Shown: positions 12,021 through 25,595 of the stretch, one piece after another
Numbering within the stretch: position 1 is the stretch's first letter
How the letters are laid out: every line of letters starts with the position of its first letter
Source of the DNA: Mobula hypostoma
Lineage: Eukaryota
Direction: 5' to 3'
NCBI RefSeq assembly: GCF_963921235.1
Contig: NC_086101.1
Coordinates: forward strand, 7,256,001-7,320,000
Length of the DNA: 64,000 bases
Notes under the pieces: model-generated
What the model saw: only the letters and a program-made list of their open reading frames with translations
What the model was told of the DNA's origin: nothing
Databases searched by the model: none
Translations under genes and position numbers: made by a program

Positions 12021-12706
12021 CCGGAGGAGAAGATGGCGGTGGGACGCAGCTCGCAGCGGCCACTCCGTGAATGATATCTGTTATCTGTCAAATAGGGTTC
12101 CGTGCACAATCCTGATTTGATGGAGACGGACGTGAGAGCATGGAGGAACATCTGGTGAAACTTCTGAAATGCCTGCTTCGCTGCTGCTGCTACTGTGTGA
12201 TCCAGAATCTCCGGAGGGGAAGGCCCCGAGTCCTCAGCTTTGCTTGTTGCTCGGTGGACGGGGCGGGGTCAAAGCTCTTGGCAGAGATGGTGCTCGGTGC
12301 TCGGTGCTCGGTGCTCGGTGTCGGAGGCTCAAAGTTTTCAGACAGACTCATAGTCCGCTGCTGTCGGGTGCTTCCAATAGTGCTGCTTCGGCAAGTTTGA
12401 AGTGCTTGGAGTTCATGGCAGGGAGAGCTTCTCCCTTCCACCGCCTGCATGAGATGATGGGGTTACTGGGACTTGAGACTTTTTTTTTACCGTGCCTATG
12501 GTATGCTCTTTATCAAGTTACTGTATTGCTTTGCACTGTTGTGACTATACGTTATAATTATGTGGATTTGTCAGTTTTAGTCTTGGTTTGTCCTGTGTTT
12601 CTGGGATATCTTTCTGGAGGAACATTGTATGATTTTTTAATGCATGCATTTCTAAATGACAATAAACGAGGACTGAGTGTCCTCATAATCTAATCGAATC
12701 TAATCT
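12021..12706 (+). mobile_element. Non-autonomous LINE-derived retroelement, about 680 bp
   Basis: Second copy at 49578-50254 on the minus strand. 5' AAGATGGCGG; 3' AATAAA, hairpin GAGGAC-TGAGT-GTCCTC and (TAATC)n tail; flanks AATCTCA(A/G)G. Confidence 0.8.
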
Positions 12707-14451
12707 CAGGGTTGTATACAGTGATATATATATGTACCTTGATAACAAATTTACTTGGAACTTTGAACATAGACCTGCTTCACCTGTTAAGTTCCGCCAG
12801 CGTTTTGTTCAAGATTTGCGGCATCTGCAGAATCTCTTGTGTTTACTCTTGCGTAAAAAATATTTTCCCTCAAACCTTCTGCTTCTCACCTTAAACTGAT
12901 GCCCTCTTGACCAATTTATTCAACTGATCTACTTAATTAAATTTCTTCCACCCAGATAACACCATGATGAATCTCCTCTGTACTCTGAAGTGCTAACATC
13001 CTCTTCCTACAGTGTACAAGCAAACAAAATTTGTCAGAGAGGTGGCATCATTTATTTATTTAGAGAGCAGGCCATTCTTGCCCTTCAAGCTGCATTGCCC
13101 CGCCACCCCCCACAAACCCGATTTAACCCTAACCTAATCAGGTCAAGTTACAGTGACCAATTAACCCACCTGGCACATCTTTGGAGTGTAGAAGGAAACT
13201 GGAGCACATGTGGAACTCAGCAGGTCAGGCAGCATCTATGGAGGGGAATAAATGATGCTCCAGGCTACGACCTTTCATCAGAACTGGAAAGGAAGAGGCC
13301 AGAAGCAAGAAGAAGAAAGTGGGCACAGGAGAAGGCATACGAGCTGGCAGGTGATCAAACACTTGTAAAACGTCATTTTCCACCCCACCCCACCCCCCGA
13401 CTCCTCTCCAGTCCTGATAAATGGTCTCAGCCAAAAATTTTGGCTGTTTATTCCCCTCCATAGATGCTGCCTGCTCAAGATTTGCAGCAGAATCTAAGGT
13501 ATATATGACTTTCTGCACTGTGGCAGCCATAGCTGCACACAATACTTCAAGAGCAGTGAATCTAGTACTTTGAAAAGTTGCAACGTAACATCCCGACTCT
13601 AATATTCTTTGCTTGACCGATGAAAGCAAGTATGCCATATGCCTTTAACACTACCCGATCTGCCTGTGTTGCCACATTCAGGGAAACATGGACTTAAACA
13701 CTATGGTCCCTGTATTCATCAACACTCCTGGGTGCCCTACCATTTACCGTGCATTTTGACTCTGCAAACTGCATCACCATGCGCTTGTTGGGATTAAATT
13801 CCATTGGCTACCCATTGGCCCACTTGGTCTGGGAATAATGTTACGACACAGAACATAGAATATTACAGCACAGTACAGGCCCTTTGGCCCATAATGCTGT
13901 GCCAACCCTTTGATCTAATCTAAGGTCAATCTAACATTTCCCTCCCATATAGCCCTCCATTCTTCTATCATCCGTGTGCCTACCTAAGAGTCTCTTAAAT
14001 GCTCCTATCGTATCTTCCTCTCCCACCACCCTGCCGCACCCTTCCTTTAATGAGGTAACCAGAACTGAACCCAATAACCCAGGTGTCGTCTAACATGGAC
14101 TTTATAGAGCTGCAACATTACCTAGCAGCTCTTGAATTCAATCCAACGACTAATGAAGGCCAAGACACCACATAACTCACTCATCAACTTGTGTGGCTAA
14201 TTTGAGTGATCTATGGGTATAAACCGCAGGATCCCTTTCTTCCTCCATCTGGCTAAGAATGCTGTCATTAACTCTGTATCCTGTCGTCAAATTCAGCCTT
14301 CCACAGTGAACCACCTTATACTTCTCTGGATTGAACTCCACGTTGTACCCTGACCCATTCTCACCTTTACAGATCAAGTGGGGGCTTTCGGGGTCTCAGG
14401 GTTTTGTTTCTTTCCTTTATCATGCTGGGCTTAGGGGGGAGTTGATGTCTA

Positions 14452-15036
14452 CTCCCATGGTCTTAGTTACAGCTATATAAGACCTTGGTCAGACCCCACT
14501 TGGAGTACTGTGTTCATTTCTGGTCACCTCACTACAGGAAGGATGTGGATACTATAGAGAGTGCAGAGGAAATTTACAAGGATGTTGTTTGGATTTGAGG
14601 ACGTACCTTATGAGGATAGGTTAAGTGAACTCGGCCTTTTCTTCTTGGAGCGACGGAGGATGAGAGGCGACCTGATAGAAGTGTATAAGATGATCAGGGG
14701 CATTGATCGTGTGGATAGTCAGAGGTTTTTTCCCAGGCCTGAAATGGCTAACATGAGAGGTCATAGTTTTAAGATGCTTGGAAATGGGTACCAAGGGGTA
14801 AATTTTTCACACAGAGAGTGATAGGTGTGTGGAATGCACTGCTAGCGGCGGTGGTGGAAACGGATATAACAGGGGCTTTTAAGAGCCTCTTCGATAGGTA
14901 CATGGAGCTTAGAAACATAGAGTGCTATGCAGCAGGGAAATTCTAGGCAGCTTCTAGGGTAGGTTACATGGTCAGCACACCATTGTGGGCCAAAAGGCCT
15001 GTAATGTGCAGTAGATTTTCTATGTTTCTATGTTCT
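14452..15036 (+). mobile_element. CR1 LINE 3' fragment
   Basis: ORF 14561-14821 resembles the CR1 RT C-terminus; CR1 tail present. Confidence 0.9.
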
Positions 15037-15289
15037 GTATTTAATAGCTATCAGGAAAAGACAGATATCAGAGTTGTATTGTACATGCATACTTTGATAA
15101 TAAAATGATCCTTTGAGCAAGGTACTGTGTTATGTGTCGTGACCAAATCCATAAGACAACTCAGTTGCCCATCACCGTGCTTTTCACAGAAGCATCAGTA
15201 CAGTAATGATGGGGCAGTTTGTCAGAAGAAGCCTGGTCTATCACTGGGCACATTCCCACCCGAAGGCACCCAAACAGTGCTTCTTGGCG

Positions 15290-16030
15290 AGGAGATACTT
15301 CAGGAGCAAGTCTGCTGGGGTCACCTCTTGTACTGGTGCTCCTGGTGCGGTTTCCTCTACATTGGTGAGGCCTGCGCAGATTGGTGGGGGGGGGGGGGCT
15401 GCTACATCGAGCACCTTCGCTCCACCTGCCACAAAAGATGGGATCTCCCGGCGGTCACCCATTTCAATTCGACTTCCAATTCCTATTCTGCCTTGTCGTT
15501 ACGAGGCCTGCTCTGCTGCCAGAATCAGGCCAAACTCCGGATGTCGAAGCAACACCTCATATTCCGTTTGGGTAGCTGCCAACCTGATGACATGAACAGT
15601 GATTTCTCCAACTTCTGCTGTTTCCTCACCCCTCCACCTTCTCTCCTTTTCCATTCCCCACTGTGGTTCCCGTCTCATCTCCTCTCTACTCTCCACCTGC
15701 CAGTCACGTTCTTCTGCTGCCCCTCCCTCTTCCCTTTCTTCCATGGCCCACTCTCCTCGCCTATTAGATTCCTCCTTCATCAGCCCTTCTACCAATCCCC
15801 TCTGAGCTCCTTACTTCATACCGCCTCCCCGACCCTCGCACCTACCCTCTCACTTGGTCTTGAATACGCAGCTTGTCGTCCTTACCCTCCCCCCATCTTC
15901 TTATTCTGCTGTCTGCCCCCTTCCTTCCCAACCCTGATGAAGGGTCTCATCCCAAAACACCAACTGTTTATTCATCTCTGTAGATGCTGCCCAGCATGCT
16001 GAGTTCCTCCAGCATTGTGTGTGTGTGAGT

Positions 16031-16071
<41 letters not shown>

Positions 16072-16075
16072 GCTC
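15290..16075 (+). mobile_element. Penelope-like element 3' part: GIY-YIG remnant, pyrimidine-rich tract, degenerate hammerhead
   Basis: ORF 15127-16002 includes CSWCGFLYIGE...EHLRS...HFNS...QHLIFRLGSCQPDDMNSDFSNF; CTGATGAAGGG at about 15934; ends in (TG)n. Confidence 0.85.
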
Positions 16076-19000
16076 CAAGTGAATATTTCCGAATATAAAT
16101 AAATGTATCTTGCCTGTGGTTTAAAACAATAATTTAAAATATGCTCACAGTGCAGTTGAAAACAAATAGAAAGTACACAGAAGGGAGTTATTTGAATATA
16201 GGATTACCTCCCAGCACTTTAGCAATGGAAATGGAGTCTTATGCTGCTACAAACTGTGTGTCGCACACCTCACACTTTACCAGTCATCTGTGAATCTGTT
16301 TTTCTGGGAATAGATCCAGGGATGCATATTCCTCGACAATATGCTTCATTTGTGCCTCTCTTGCTCATGATCAAACTGCACAGATCACGTTTGTTTGTCC
16401 TGTGAGCCACGTTCCCCAGCTCTGTACTTTTTCAGAGACTGAGTTTCTGAGAGTGGAAGCTGTGGTCAAGCCCACAGAATATGGCAGGCAGCATCTGTGG
16501 GGAGATGTAAGCAGTTAACTTACTGGACCTGATGAACAGTCTCAGCTTGAAACAGTGACTCTTTATTCCTCTTCATGGACCTTCTGGGTCCCTCCAGCAA
16601 ATGGTCTGCGTTGCGTTGGATTTTCAGCATCTGCAAAACCTCATGCAAGTGGGCTCTTATCCTGCCACGTCCACATCCATCTGTTTGATCATCTGCACCA
16701 CATTATGGTCGTTGTCCTTCTAAGCATTACGTATGTAATTTCAGGTTGTGAGGAGGTTCTTGTGCAGTATGAACACTGATGCTGAGCTGAGCTGGTGAGC
16801 AGCCTTTCTCTGTACATGTTGCTGCATCTGTAAAACATCTTCAGTTTGTGCCGTAGAATACGTTCCCACTTTCTGTGCAAGAGAGATGTCAGATGTGTTT
16901 GCAATTATAAGCTATTTGCACTGAGACATTCAAAGTTCAAAGTAAGTTTATATCAATGTACATATATGTTATCATATCCTGCCTTGGGATTCATTTTCTT
17001 GCAGGCATTTACAGGAAAAAATATAGAAATAGAATAAAAATCCATACATAAACAAGAGAAAATCTGCAGATGCTGGAAATCCGAGCAATACATGCAAAGT
17101 GCTGGAGTAACGCAGCAGACCAGGCAGCAACTATTGAAAAGAGGACAGAAAATTGTGAAGAAAGACTATGTCTTGAACCAAAGGGGGTAACTTCACTTGC
17201 CCCATCATTGAAATGTCCCCACATCCAACGGACTCTTCATCTCATTCAACATTCATGTACATTTATTATCAAAGAATGTGTAAGTTATACAACCTCGAGA
17301 TTTGTTAGCTCACAGGTAGCCAAAAAAGAAATAAATCAGAAAGAACCCAATTAAAGAAAAAAAAGAATAAAAATAAAAGTAAAAGACAAACAGAAAGAGA
17401 AAGAGAAAGAAAAAAAACACAAATCATGCAAACAACTGAAGTGAACAACAGCATTCTGAACTAACATAAGAGTCCTCAGATCTGAACCCCAGAGTAGACC
17501 AAAGCTTGCTTATCAGTTCTCAAAATTACTTATGCATTTATTAGTATTGTTTATTATTTCTCTCATTTTGTACTTGTACAGTTTGTTGTCTTATGCACAC
17601 TGTTTGGTTGCTGTAGTTGCTGCAGTCCTTCATTGATTCTGTGATGGTTATTATCCTATAGATTTATTGAGAATGGACATCAGAAAATATATCTCAGGGT
17701 TGTATATGGTGATACGTAAGTACCAACAGCAAACAACAATAGCCAATGTGCAAAAGAAGACAAACTATGCAAATAATAAAAAAGAAACAAAAAAAAAGTT
17801 GTAAAAGAGATCAGAGTCGTGGTCAGTGAAGTAATCAACGCCGGTTCAGGAACCCAATGGTTCTGTACTATTAAATCTCCTTAAGTCTTATCTCCTTAAG
17901 ATCTAGTGTTTTATAGACTGGGGATATCCATGCTGGCAGAATGGGGGCTAGAGATGGAGTGATGGGACAGTGGAAGTTTGGAGTTTGAGGTCTGGAGACA
18001 CGGAGTTTTGGAGGCAGAGGGTGAGAGATCAGAAGTGGAAGTTGGAGGGATGGAAAATTGGCAGATTTTGATGGGGAAATACACTCATGGGAGGATTGGG
18101 AATGGAAGATTGGAGAGGGATGGAAAAGATGTGGAATGATGGAGACACGGGATGGAGGGATGCATTTGTAGGAAGACTGGAAATAGCATAGAAACTCTGC
18201 AGGTGGTGGGATGGAAACACTGCAGGGCACAAAAGAGAAGATAAGGGATAATGGGGAACTGTAGATGGAAGAATTGAAATAGACAGATGGAAAGAAGCTG
18301 ATGGATAGATAAAGATTTTGGAGGATTGTAAAAGGGAGAAAAATGAGTGGGGGAGAGAGGGGGCTTGTTGAAACTACCAGATATTAAAAGGCCTAGCTAG
18401 AATCGACATGAAGAGGCTATTTCCAAAAAATGGGAGAGTCTAGGATCAGAGGGCACAACCTGAGAATATAATGATGTCCATTTTGAACAGATATGAAGTG
18501 AAGTTTCTTAACCCAGAGGGTGGTGAGTTTGTGGATTTCATTTCCACAGACAGCTGCAGAGACCAAGTCATTGGGTATTTAAAATGACGGTGATAGCTTC
18601 TTGATTAGCCAGGGTGTCAGAAGTTATGGGAGAAGGCAGGAGAATGTGGTTGAGAGGGAAAATAAATGATGGAATGGGGAGCAAATGGTCTAATTCTGCT
18701 CCTATATCTTACGGACTTACGGTCTTCTGGTTTGGAGATGCTGGAGATGGGTATCTATATACAAGAAATGGAGTAATGGAGATGGAAATGGGAACGGAGT
18801 AATGTTAACCTTGGAGATGAATGGATGGTGATGCTGGAGAGAGAATGAGAGGAGCACAGGAGAAGGATGGTTGAAGACACTGGGGGATTGAATAGTGGGA
18901 CAGAGATCCTAAAGGTGGAGGAAGAAGGATTAAGAGGGGGAATAGATGTAACTGAAATGGAGGGGGGGGGGAGAAATGAATAGGTATGAAGAGGAACATG

Positions 19001-19712
19001 AGAAGGAAGTAAACTAGATGTAATTTGATGACAAGAGTTGTCAACGTAGTTGGGGATATCATCAACACATCTAATTGACTAACGGCTAATTCTCTTTATA
19101 TTTGTCCATTGTTCTCAAAATCTTTCATAGCCCCAAGCAATTGTCCACTTCTGCATGGAGCAGAGATCTAAACTACAAAAGGTTAGATATATCAACGTCA
19201 CCTGGTTAGGATCAGCATAATGGGTGACCTTCTGTTTTCCATTATATTTTGCAGGCAATATTTATATAATCTAGTTAGGAAGCTTGGATACCTCGATGTC
19301 TGAGCCATAATAAGTTTAGGCTTCATAAGTATAAACCAGCTTCAACTCCAATTACAACTTTAATGAACCTGATCGTTCTATATCCTATTTAAAATTAAAT
19401 TACTGTAATTAGTGATATTTATATTTTTATCATTTTAATTTTTCTGAAATAGGTTGTGCTTGCTTAGTGAATTGACTCTGTTGATATTCCCTGGTGTCCA
19501 GTGATCCTTGATCTATTGGGCGTCCAAAGAATGACCAGTGAGCCTTAGATATCAGAAACAGAGTCAGAACCAGGTTTAATATCATGCGCATATGTCATGA
19601 AATATGTTGTAATATGTTGTTTTTGTGGCAGCAGTACATTGCAACACTTAATAATAAAAACCTGTAAATTATGATAAGAAATATATATATAAATTAAATT
19701 AAATTCCATATC

Positions 19713-20270
19713 TCAGGGTTGACCATGGATGTTACATCCCAGTTCTCTATGTGATCTGCAAGCTAGAGCAGTACGATACGGAGAGCAAACTCTTGCCCAT
19801 GTAGCAGGCTTCCCCTCTTCATGAAGCTGATGAATTCCAAGGAATGGCAGAGACCGATACAGTTTGGCACCACTGGCGTCACAGGAGGTGCCAGTCAGCA
19901 CCGAACTCAGCGTCGGACTGCTTTAGAGTCTCCAGCTCCAGATTTTTTCTTGGGGTTAACTCCCGAAGCCTTCCCCATGAGTGGGTACAGCTGCAAGACA
20001 GCAGGGGTTTGAAATCAAAGTTTTCCTTCTCCTCGATGAGCTGCTAACCACCGCCAAGGAGCCTTATTGGCTGAAGCAACTGGTTTAAAGCCACCAGTAA
20101 CCCACTTTTGCCCCTTCAGTTAGTAGAAGTGGTTCCACCAGACTCAGTAGTTGAGCCACACGTGAAGGCCTTCAGCTGGACTTGGTATTTGATACTCATG
20201 CCATCGGGAGCATTTAATAGGTTGTGGGAGCTTATCTTTACTATTTCTCCAGCTTCAACAACCTTTAGTA
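19713..20270. mobile_element. Unclassified interspersed repeat, about 550 bp
   Basis: Homologous copies at about 39105-40320 (split by a Penelope insertion) and 54915-55430; shared GACCATGGATGTT...GAGCATTTAATAGGT. Confidence 0.7.
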
Positions 20271-20339
20271 ACCCTTAGTTTAATAAATTAAGTACTACAC
20301 AAAGGGAGCAAAAATAAATGATGAGGTAGTGTACATGGG

Positions 20340-21150
20340 TTCATTGTCCATTCAGAAATCTGAAGGTGGAGGGGAAGGAACGGTTCCAAACACTATGTGT
20401 GAGTCTTTACGCTCCCATACCTCCTCCTTAATGGTAACAATTGAGAAGGAGGCATGTCCTGGGTGGTGGGAGACCTGATTGGCAGATGCCACCTTTAAGG
20501 GCTTTACTTGTTGAAGGTGTCCTGGATGCCAGTGCCCCTGGCTGAGTTTGCACCTTCCTGCAGCCTTTTCTGATCCTGTGCAGTGGCCCTTCCATTCCAG
20601 ATGTTGATGCAACCAGCTGGAATACTCTCCACGGTACATCTGTAGAAATTTGTGAGAGTCTTTCCTGACATACCTAGTCTCCTCAAACTCCCAATGAAAT
20701 TTTATCAATATGTTGGGCACTGGATAGATCTCCAGAGACTTTGAGACCTCGGAACTTGAAACTGCTCATCTTTTCCATTGCCAGTCCCTTGCTGAGGACC
20801 GGTGTGTGTTCCCTCAGCTTCCTCCAACTGAAGTTCACAATCTTTAGCTTACTGAAGTGGAATGCAAGGTTGTTGCTGCTGCACCACTCATCCAGCTGAT
20901 CTACCTCACTCCTGTTCGCCTCTTCATCACCAACGATGGTTGTGTCATTGGCAAATTTATAGGTAGCTTTTGAGCTGCGTACTTTTGCATGTAGAGAGAA
21001 TGGGGCAGTGGGCTAAGCACACATCCTTGTGGTGCGCTGGTGCTGGTTGTCAGACAGGAGGAGATATTACTTAAGATCCACACTGACTGTTGTCTCCTGA
21101 TGAGGATGTCAGGGATCCAGTTGCAGAGGGAGGTACAGAGGCCCAGGTTT
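20340..21150 (-). mobile_element. Decayed Rex/L2-group LINE RT fragment
   Basis: Minus-strand ORFs contain LCNWI...STSAPQGCVLSPL (RT motif) and LTNFYRCTVESI. Confidence 0.8.
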
Positions 21151-23293
21151 TGGAGATTGTAGATTAAAACAAGAAACAAGAGGACTTTGACCCAGATCTG
21201 GGCCGTACTCTCCAAATATCCGGACCTACCTCTTGTTTTTTTTTGTACTACCTTACTTTCCCTTTTCTATTTTCTATTTATGATCAATAATTTACATTTT
21301 TAACATTTACATCGATTTGTACTCCAGGGAGTGCGAAGCACAGAATCAAATATCACTGTGATGATTGTACATTCTAGTATCAATTGATTGGCGACAATAA
21401 AGTATAAAAGTATAAAGTATTTCATGGCCTTAAGATCTTACAAGGTTTATATAGTGACATGAAGTAATTATAACAATGGTAAATCAAACAAAGGAAGTTC
21501 CCAAAAATAGCAAAACACTTATGATCAGAGGGATTGTTTCATTATGTGGATTGAAAGTGGAATGATAAGGGATAATAAGGAATCAGTTTCCCTCCATTCT
21601 TTCACAGGGGTGGGAAGGTGAGTGGCTTTGATCAAGCTGGCTGAATTATATTAGTACATGTGACAATTATAACTATTACTAATTAGCATTCTGCAAGTTA
21701 TGCTCTAAAATACTAGATCTCTGATCCCAGGGCTGTGTAATATTTCACCATATAGATAACATGCTTCATTTTTAAAATATGTATTCCCTGCCAAAATGGG
21801 TGATTTTGCATTTTTCACACTATATTCTGTTTGTCAGATCTTTGCCCAATATTTAGTTTTCCTCTATTCCTCTGTAGCCTCCTTACGTCCTTTTCACCAC
21901 TCACTTTCTGAATTGTTTCTGTGTCACCAGCAAATTTAGCAGCAACTGACGCCTTCATCCAGGTCATTTATATAAACCGTCTCAAGATGAGGCCCCAACA
22001 CCAGTCCCCGTGACACACCACTTCTTCCATCTCGCCAACTAAAAAAAAAGACCCACTTACGCCTACTCTCTGCTTCCTGTTACCGGGCAATCTGCTGTTT
22101 GTGCCAAATGTTCCTTTCAACATCATGAGCTTTTATTTAGCATAATCAAAAAAACTTCAAACTTTAAAGTAAATTTATTATCGAATTATCTATTTATCAC
22201 CATATACTACCCTGAGGTTCATTCTCTCGCAGGCATTCACAGTAGAACACAGAAATATAATTGAATCAATGAAAAAACTACAAGCATAATAACCTTTAAC
22301 ATGGCATTTTTAAAATGCAAGCAGGCTAATTCCACTGAGCCCAGGTGAGATAAGAATTAGAGGTCATTGCTTACGGGTGATAGGTGAAATGTTTAAGGGG
22401 ATCCTGAGGGAGGTGAGAGGGAGGAACGAGCTGCTGGTGGAACTGGTGGATGTGGATTCATTTGAAATACAAAAGAGAAATTTAGATAAGCTCATGAGTG
22501 GGAGGCTCTGCTCCAGGTGCTTGCCCATGGGACTGTGCAGAAAAACAGTTTGACATGGATTAGATGGGTGAAGGGCCTGTTTCTGTGTAGTGTTAAACAA
22601 ACTCAAAGCCATCTGTAATACCTTTTCTATTTTATCAATTTTAATTTAAAGAAGTCCAAAAAGTTCATCACCATTATTATGTGCCCTGTCGTTTGACATC
22701 GGTGACCATGGGCTTTCCATGACCATATTGTTCTTTGCAAATATTTCTACAGAAGTGATTTGCCATTTTGCCTGCTACTGGGCAGTGTCTTTACAAGACG
22801 GGTGACCCCAGCCATCATCTATACTCTTCAGAGATTGTCTGCCTGGCGTCAGTGGTCGCATAACCAGATCTTGTGATATGTAACACATGACCTGCTCCCA
22901 TGGCTTCATGTTTCCATGATCAGGTGCTACCCCTTACCCAAGGGTGACCTCGGTGGAGGGAAGGAGCGCCTTTCACCTCCTTTGGTAGAAGAGATGTAAA
23001 GCACTCTAATAAATTAACCAAATCTGATTTTCCCTTTTTTTTTCAGAAACATGATGCTTGATTACTTTGAGTTTATTATAAGTGCTAATCTAATCTTTAA
23101 TCTTTCATCTGTTGCAATGTTTTTAATAACAGCTTTTAGCTATTTCCCCATCACTGATGCTAAGCTAACTGAGCTATAGTTTCCCTTCTAGAAGGAAGTG
23201 GGAAGTACACAAACACTCTGTACCCCAGGGTTGGCTGCAAACCAACCCACTTTTCTGGCCCTTGGTGTTCCAAGACGAAACCCCAGAATCAGT

Positions 23294-23295
<2 letters not shown>

Positions 23296-23342
<47 letters not shown>
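23296..23342. repeat. (CA)n microsatellite
   Basis: Pure CA run. Confidence 0.98.
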
Positions 23343-25595
23343 ACCTGTACTGTGGGCTGCTGGATCACGCTCTGAGGGAATAAGTGAGGCAGCTGCTGAG
23401 CCATCTGAGAAATCGGGCACCAGATGATCAGAATCAGGTTTAATATCACTGACAGATGTCACGAAAGTTGTCATTTTGTGGCAGCAGTACATTGCAATAA
23501 ATAAAAAAACCATAAGTCACACCGAGAAATGTAGAAAATAAATAAGTAGTACAAAAAAAAGAGGAACAATAATGAGAAGGGGGCATGTTTTGGATGGTGA
23601 GCATTCTTCCTGATGGATTATCAGCACTTTGCTGTGTGCCTTTGCTGGCCTGCTCCAGCATGAACCTGAAGTTTGACTGAAGTCTGCAGGGAATCTGATG
23701 ATTCACCCATCACCTTCGTGCTTGTTGGATGCTCAGCCCGTGGAGATCGCAAGAACTCCATGGTACGTGGAGTGGTAAGGTAACATTGCAGTTAACACTA
23801 ACAGTTTACTGTGCTAGTAATCACTGATCAGGGTTCCATTCACCATTGCATGTGAAGAGTTACTACATTCCCTCTTGACCACATGGGTTTCCTTTGGATA
23901 CTCTGCTTTCAATATTTCAATATATATTTGTAACATATAAAGCTAATCTAAAGATCTAAATAAACTTATAATCGATGTCACCATATAACACCCTGAGATT
24001 TATTTTCTTGCAGGCATTCTCAGTAAATCCAAGAAACACAATAGAATCAATGAAGGACCGCAGATTAAGAAACAGCAAAGAGGAATTCATGGCCAACACT
24101 AGGGGACGTAATTTTAAGATGTTTGGAGGAATGCACTGGGGGATGTTGGACTTTGATTCTTTGCACAGAGAATGGTGGATGCATGGAATGCACTGCCTGG
24201 TAGAGGCAGATACATTAGGGGCATTTAAGGGACCCTTAGAGAGGCACATGGGTGACAAAATGGAGGGCTATGTGGGAGGAAAGGGTTAGATTGATCTTAG
24301 AGTGAGTTAAAGGGTTAATACAACATTGTGGGCCGAGGAGCTCGTGCTGTGCTGTGTTCTATATTCTAACTAGAGGACATGGGTTCAGGATGAATGAGGA
24401 GAAATTTAATAGGAACCCGAGGGGCACCATTTTCACCCTGACTGTGGTCAGTGAGTGGAACATTTGAGGCGGGTACATTAATGACATTTAAAAGGTGCTT
24501 GGACACGTATGTGGATCAGAAAGGTTTAGAGAGACATGGTCAACCGCGGGCAAATGGGACTAGCTTGGTCAGTATAACGAGGGTCCACAGTCATATAACA
24601 AAGGGTTGTGAAATCAGAGGTAAGTTATTTATACGGACAGAGGTGGGTATGTGGAACGCCCTGCCAGTGATGGTGATGGTAGAGGCAGATATATGAGGGG
24701 CAATTAAGAAACTCTTAGATAGACACATGGATGATAGAAAAGGCTGGCACGACATCGAGGGCCGAATGGCCTGTACTGTGCTGTATGTTTTGTACGAAAG
24801 CTCCTGAATCAAACTGCACAACATTAATCACCAGGTCAGTAACACGATGACCACATTGATCACTTGGGTAGATTGTGTTCTGCTCTGTTCTATTTATATT
24901 CCTTGTATGATTTTGTGTCTGTGTGTTTATTTTATATTTTTCTTACGAATGCGCTTACGTGAGGCTGTGTGCCTGTGATGTTGCTGTAAAATGTTTTTCA
25001 GGGCGTTATTATTCATGTTTGCGTTTGTCATGTCCCTGCGCGCGTGATAATAAACTCGGCTTTTAACTTCCGATTTTCAATCTTTGTGAGAGAGAGAGAA
25101 AAGGAGAGAGAGAGAGAGGGGACAAGAGAAAGATAGAGAGAATGAGTTTAAAAGCACATCAGCTGTAATCCTCTTTTGTTTCTGGTTGCTTAACTTCTGT
25201 AACAAAACTGCATCTCGGTTCTTCAAAATGTTTAACTGGGTAGCACAGAGGGTGGGAATTAATTACTCCCTTCAACTCGAGGATGTAAATTATATTGCCA
25301 ACGCACGAAGCAGCAGCAGGCAGCTAGCAGAGGTCGCTCTCTGAAGAAGCAGCTGCCATTTGTCACAATATGTGACAAATTTGTGCCAGTTTCCCAGCGG
25401 CAGACGCGGACTGAGCTGTAATGGCCACAGCTGTACCGACACGCCGAGGAGGAGAGGAAACGGCGGGGGGTGGGGGGCACAGCAGCAGCAACTTTGTCGT
25501 TTCTACTGAGGAAAGAGGGACCAACTGACCCAACGGATCACCTTTGAGAGAATATCACATCCCCACCCTCCCCTTGCACCGTGCTGTATGGAGAT

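Noticed and set aside
15127..16002. 291-aa ORF as a host gene
   Set aside because: Chance read-through of a decayed Penelope GIY-YIG fragment and its pyrimidine-rich UTR.
17940..19020. GA-rich stretches with ORFs
   Set aside because: Low-complexity purine tracts around a CR1 fragment.
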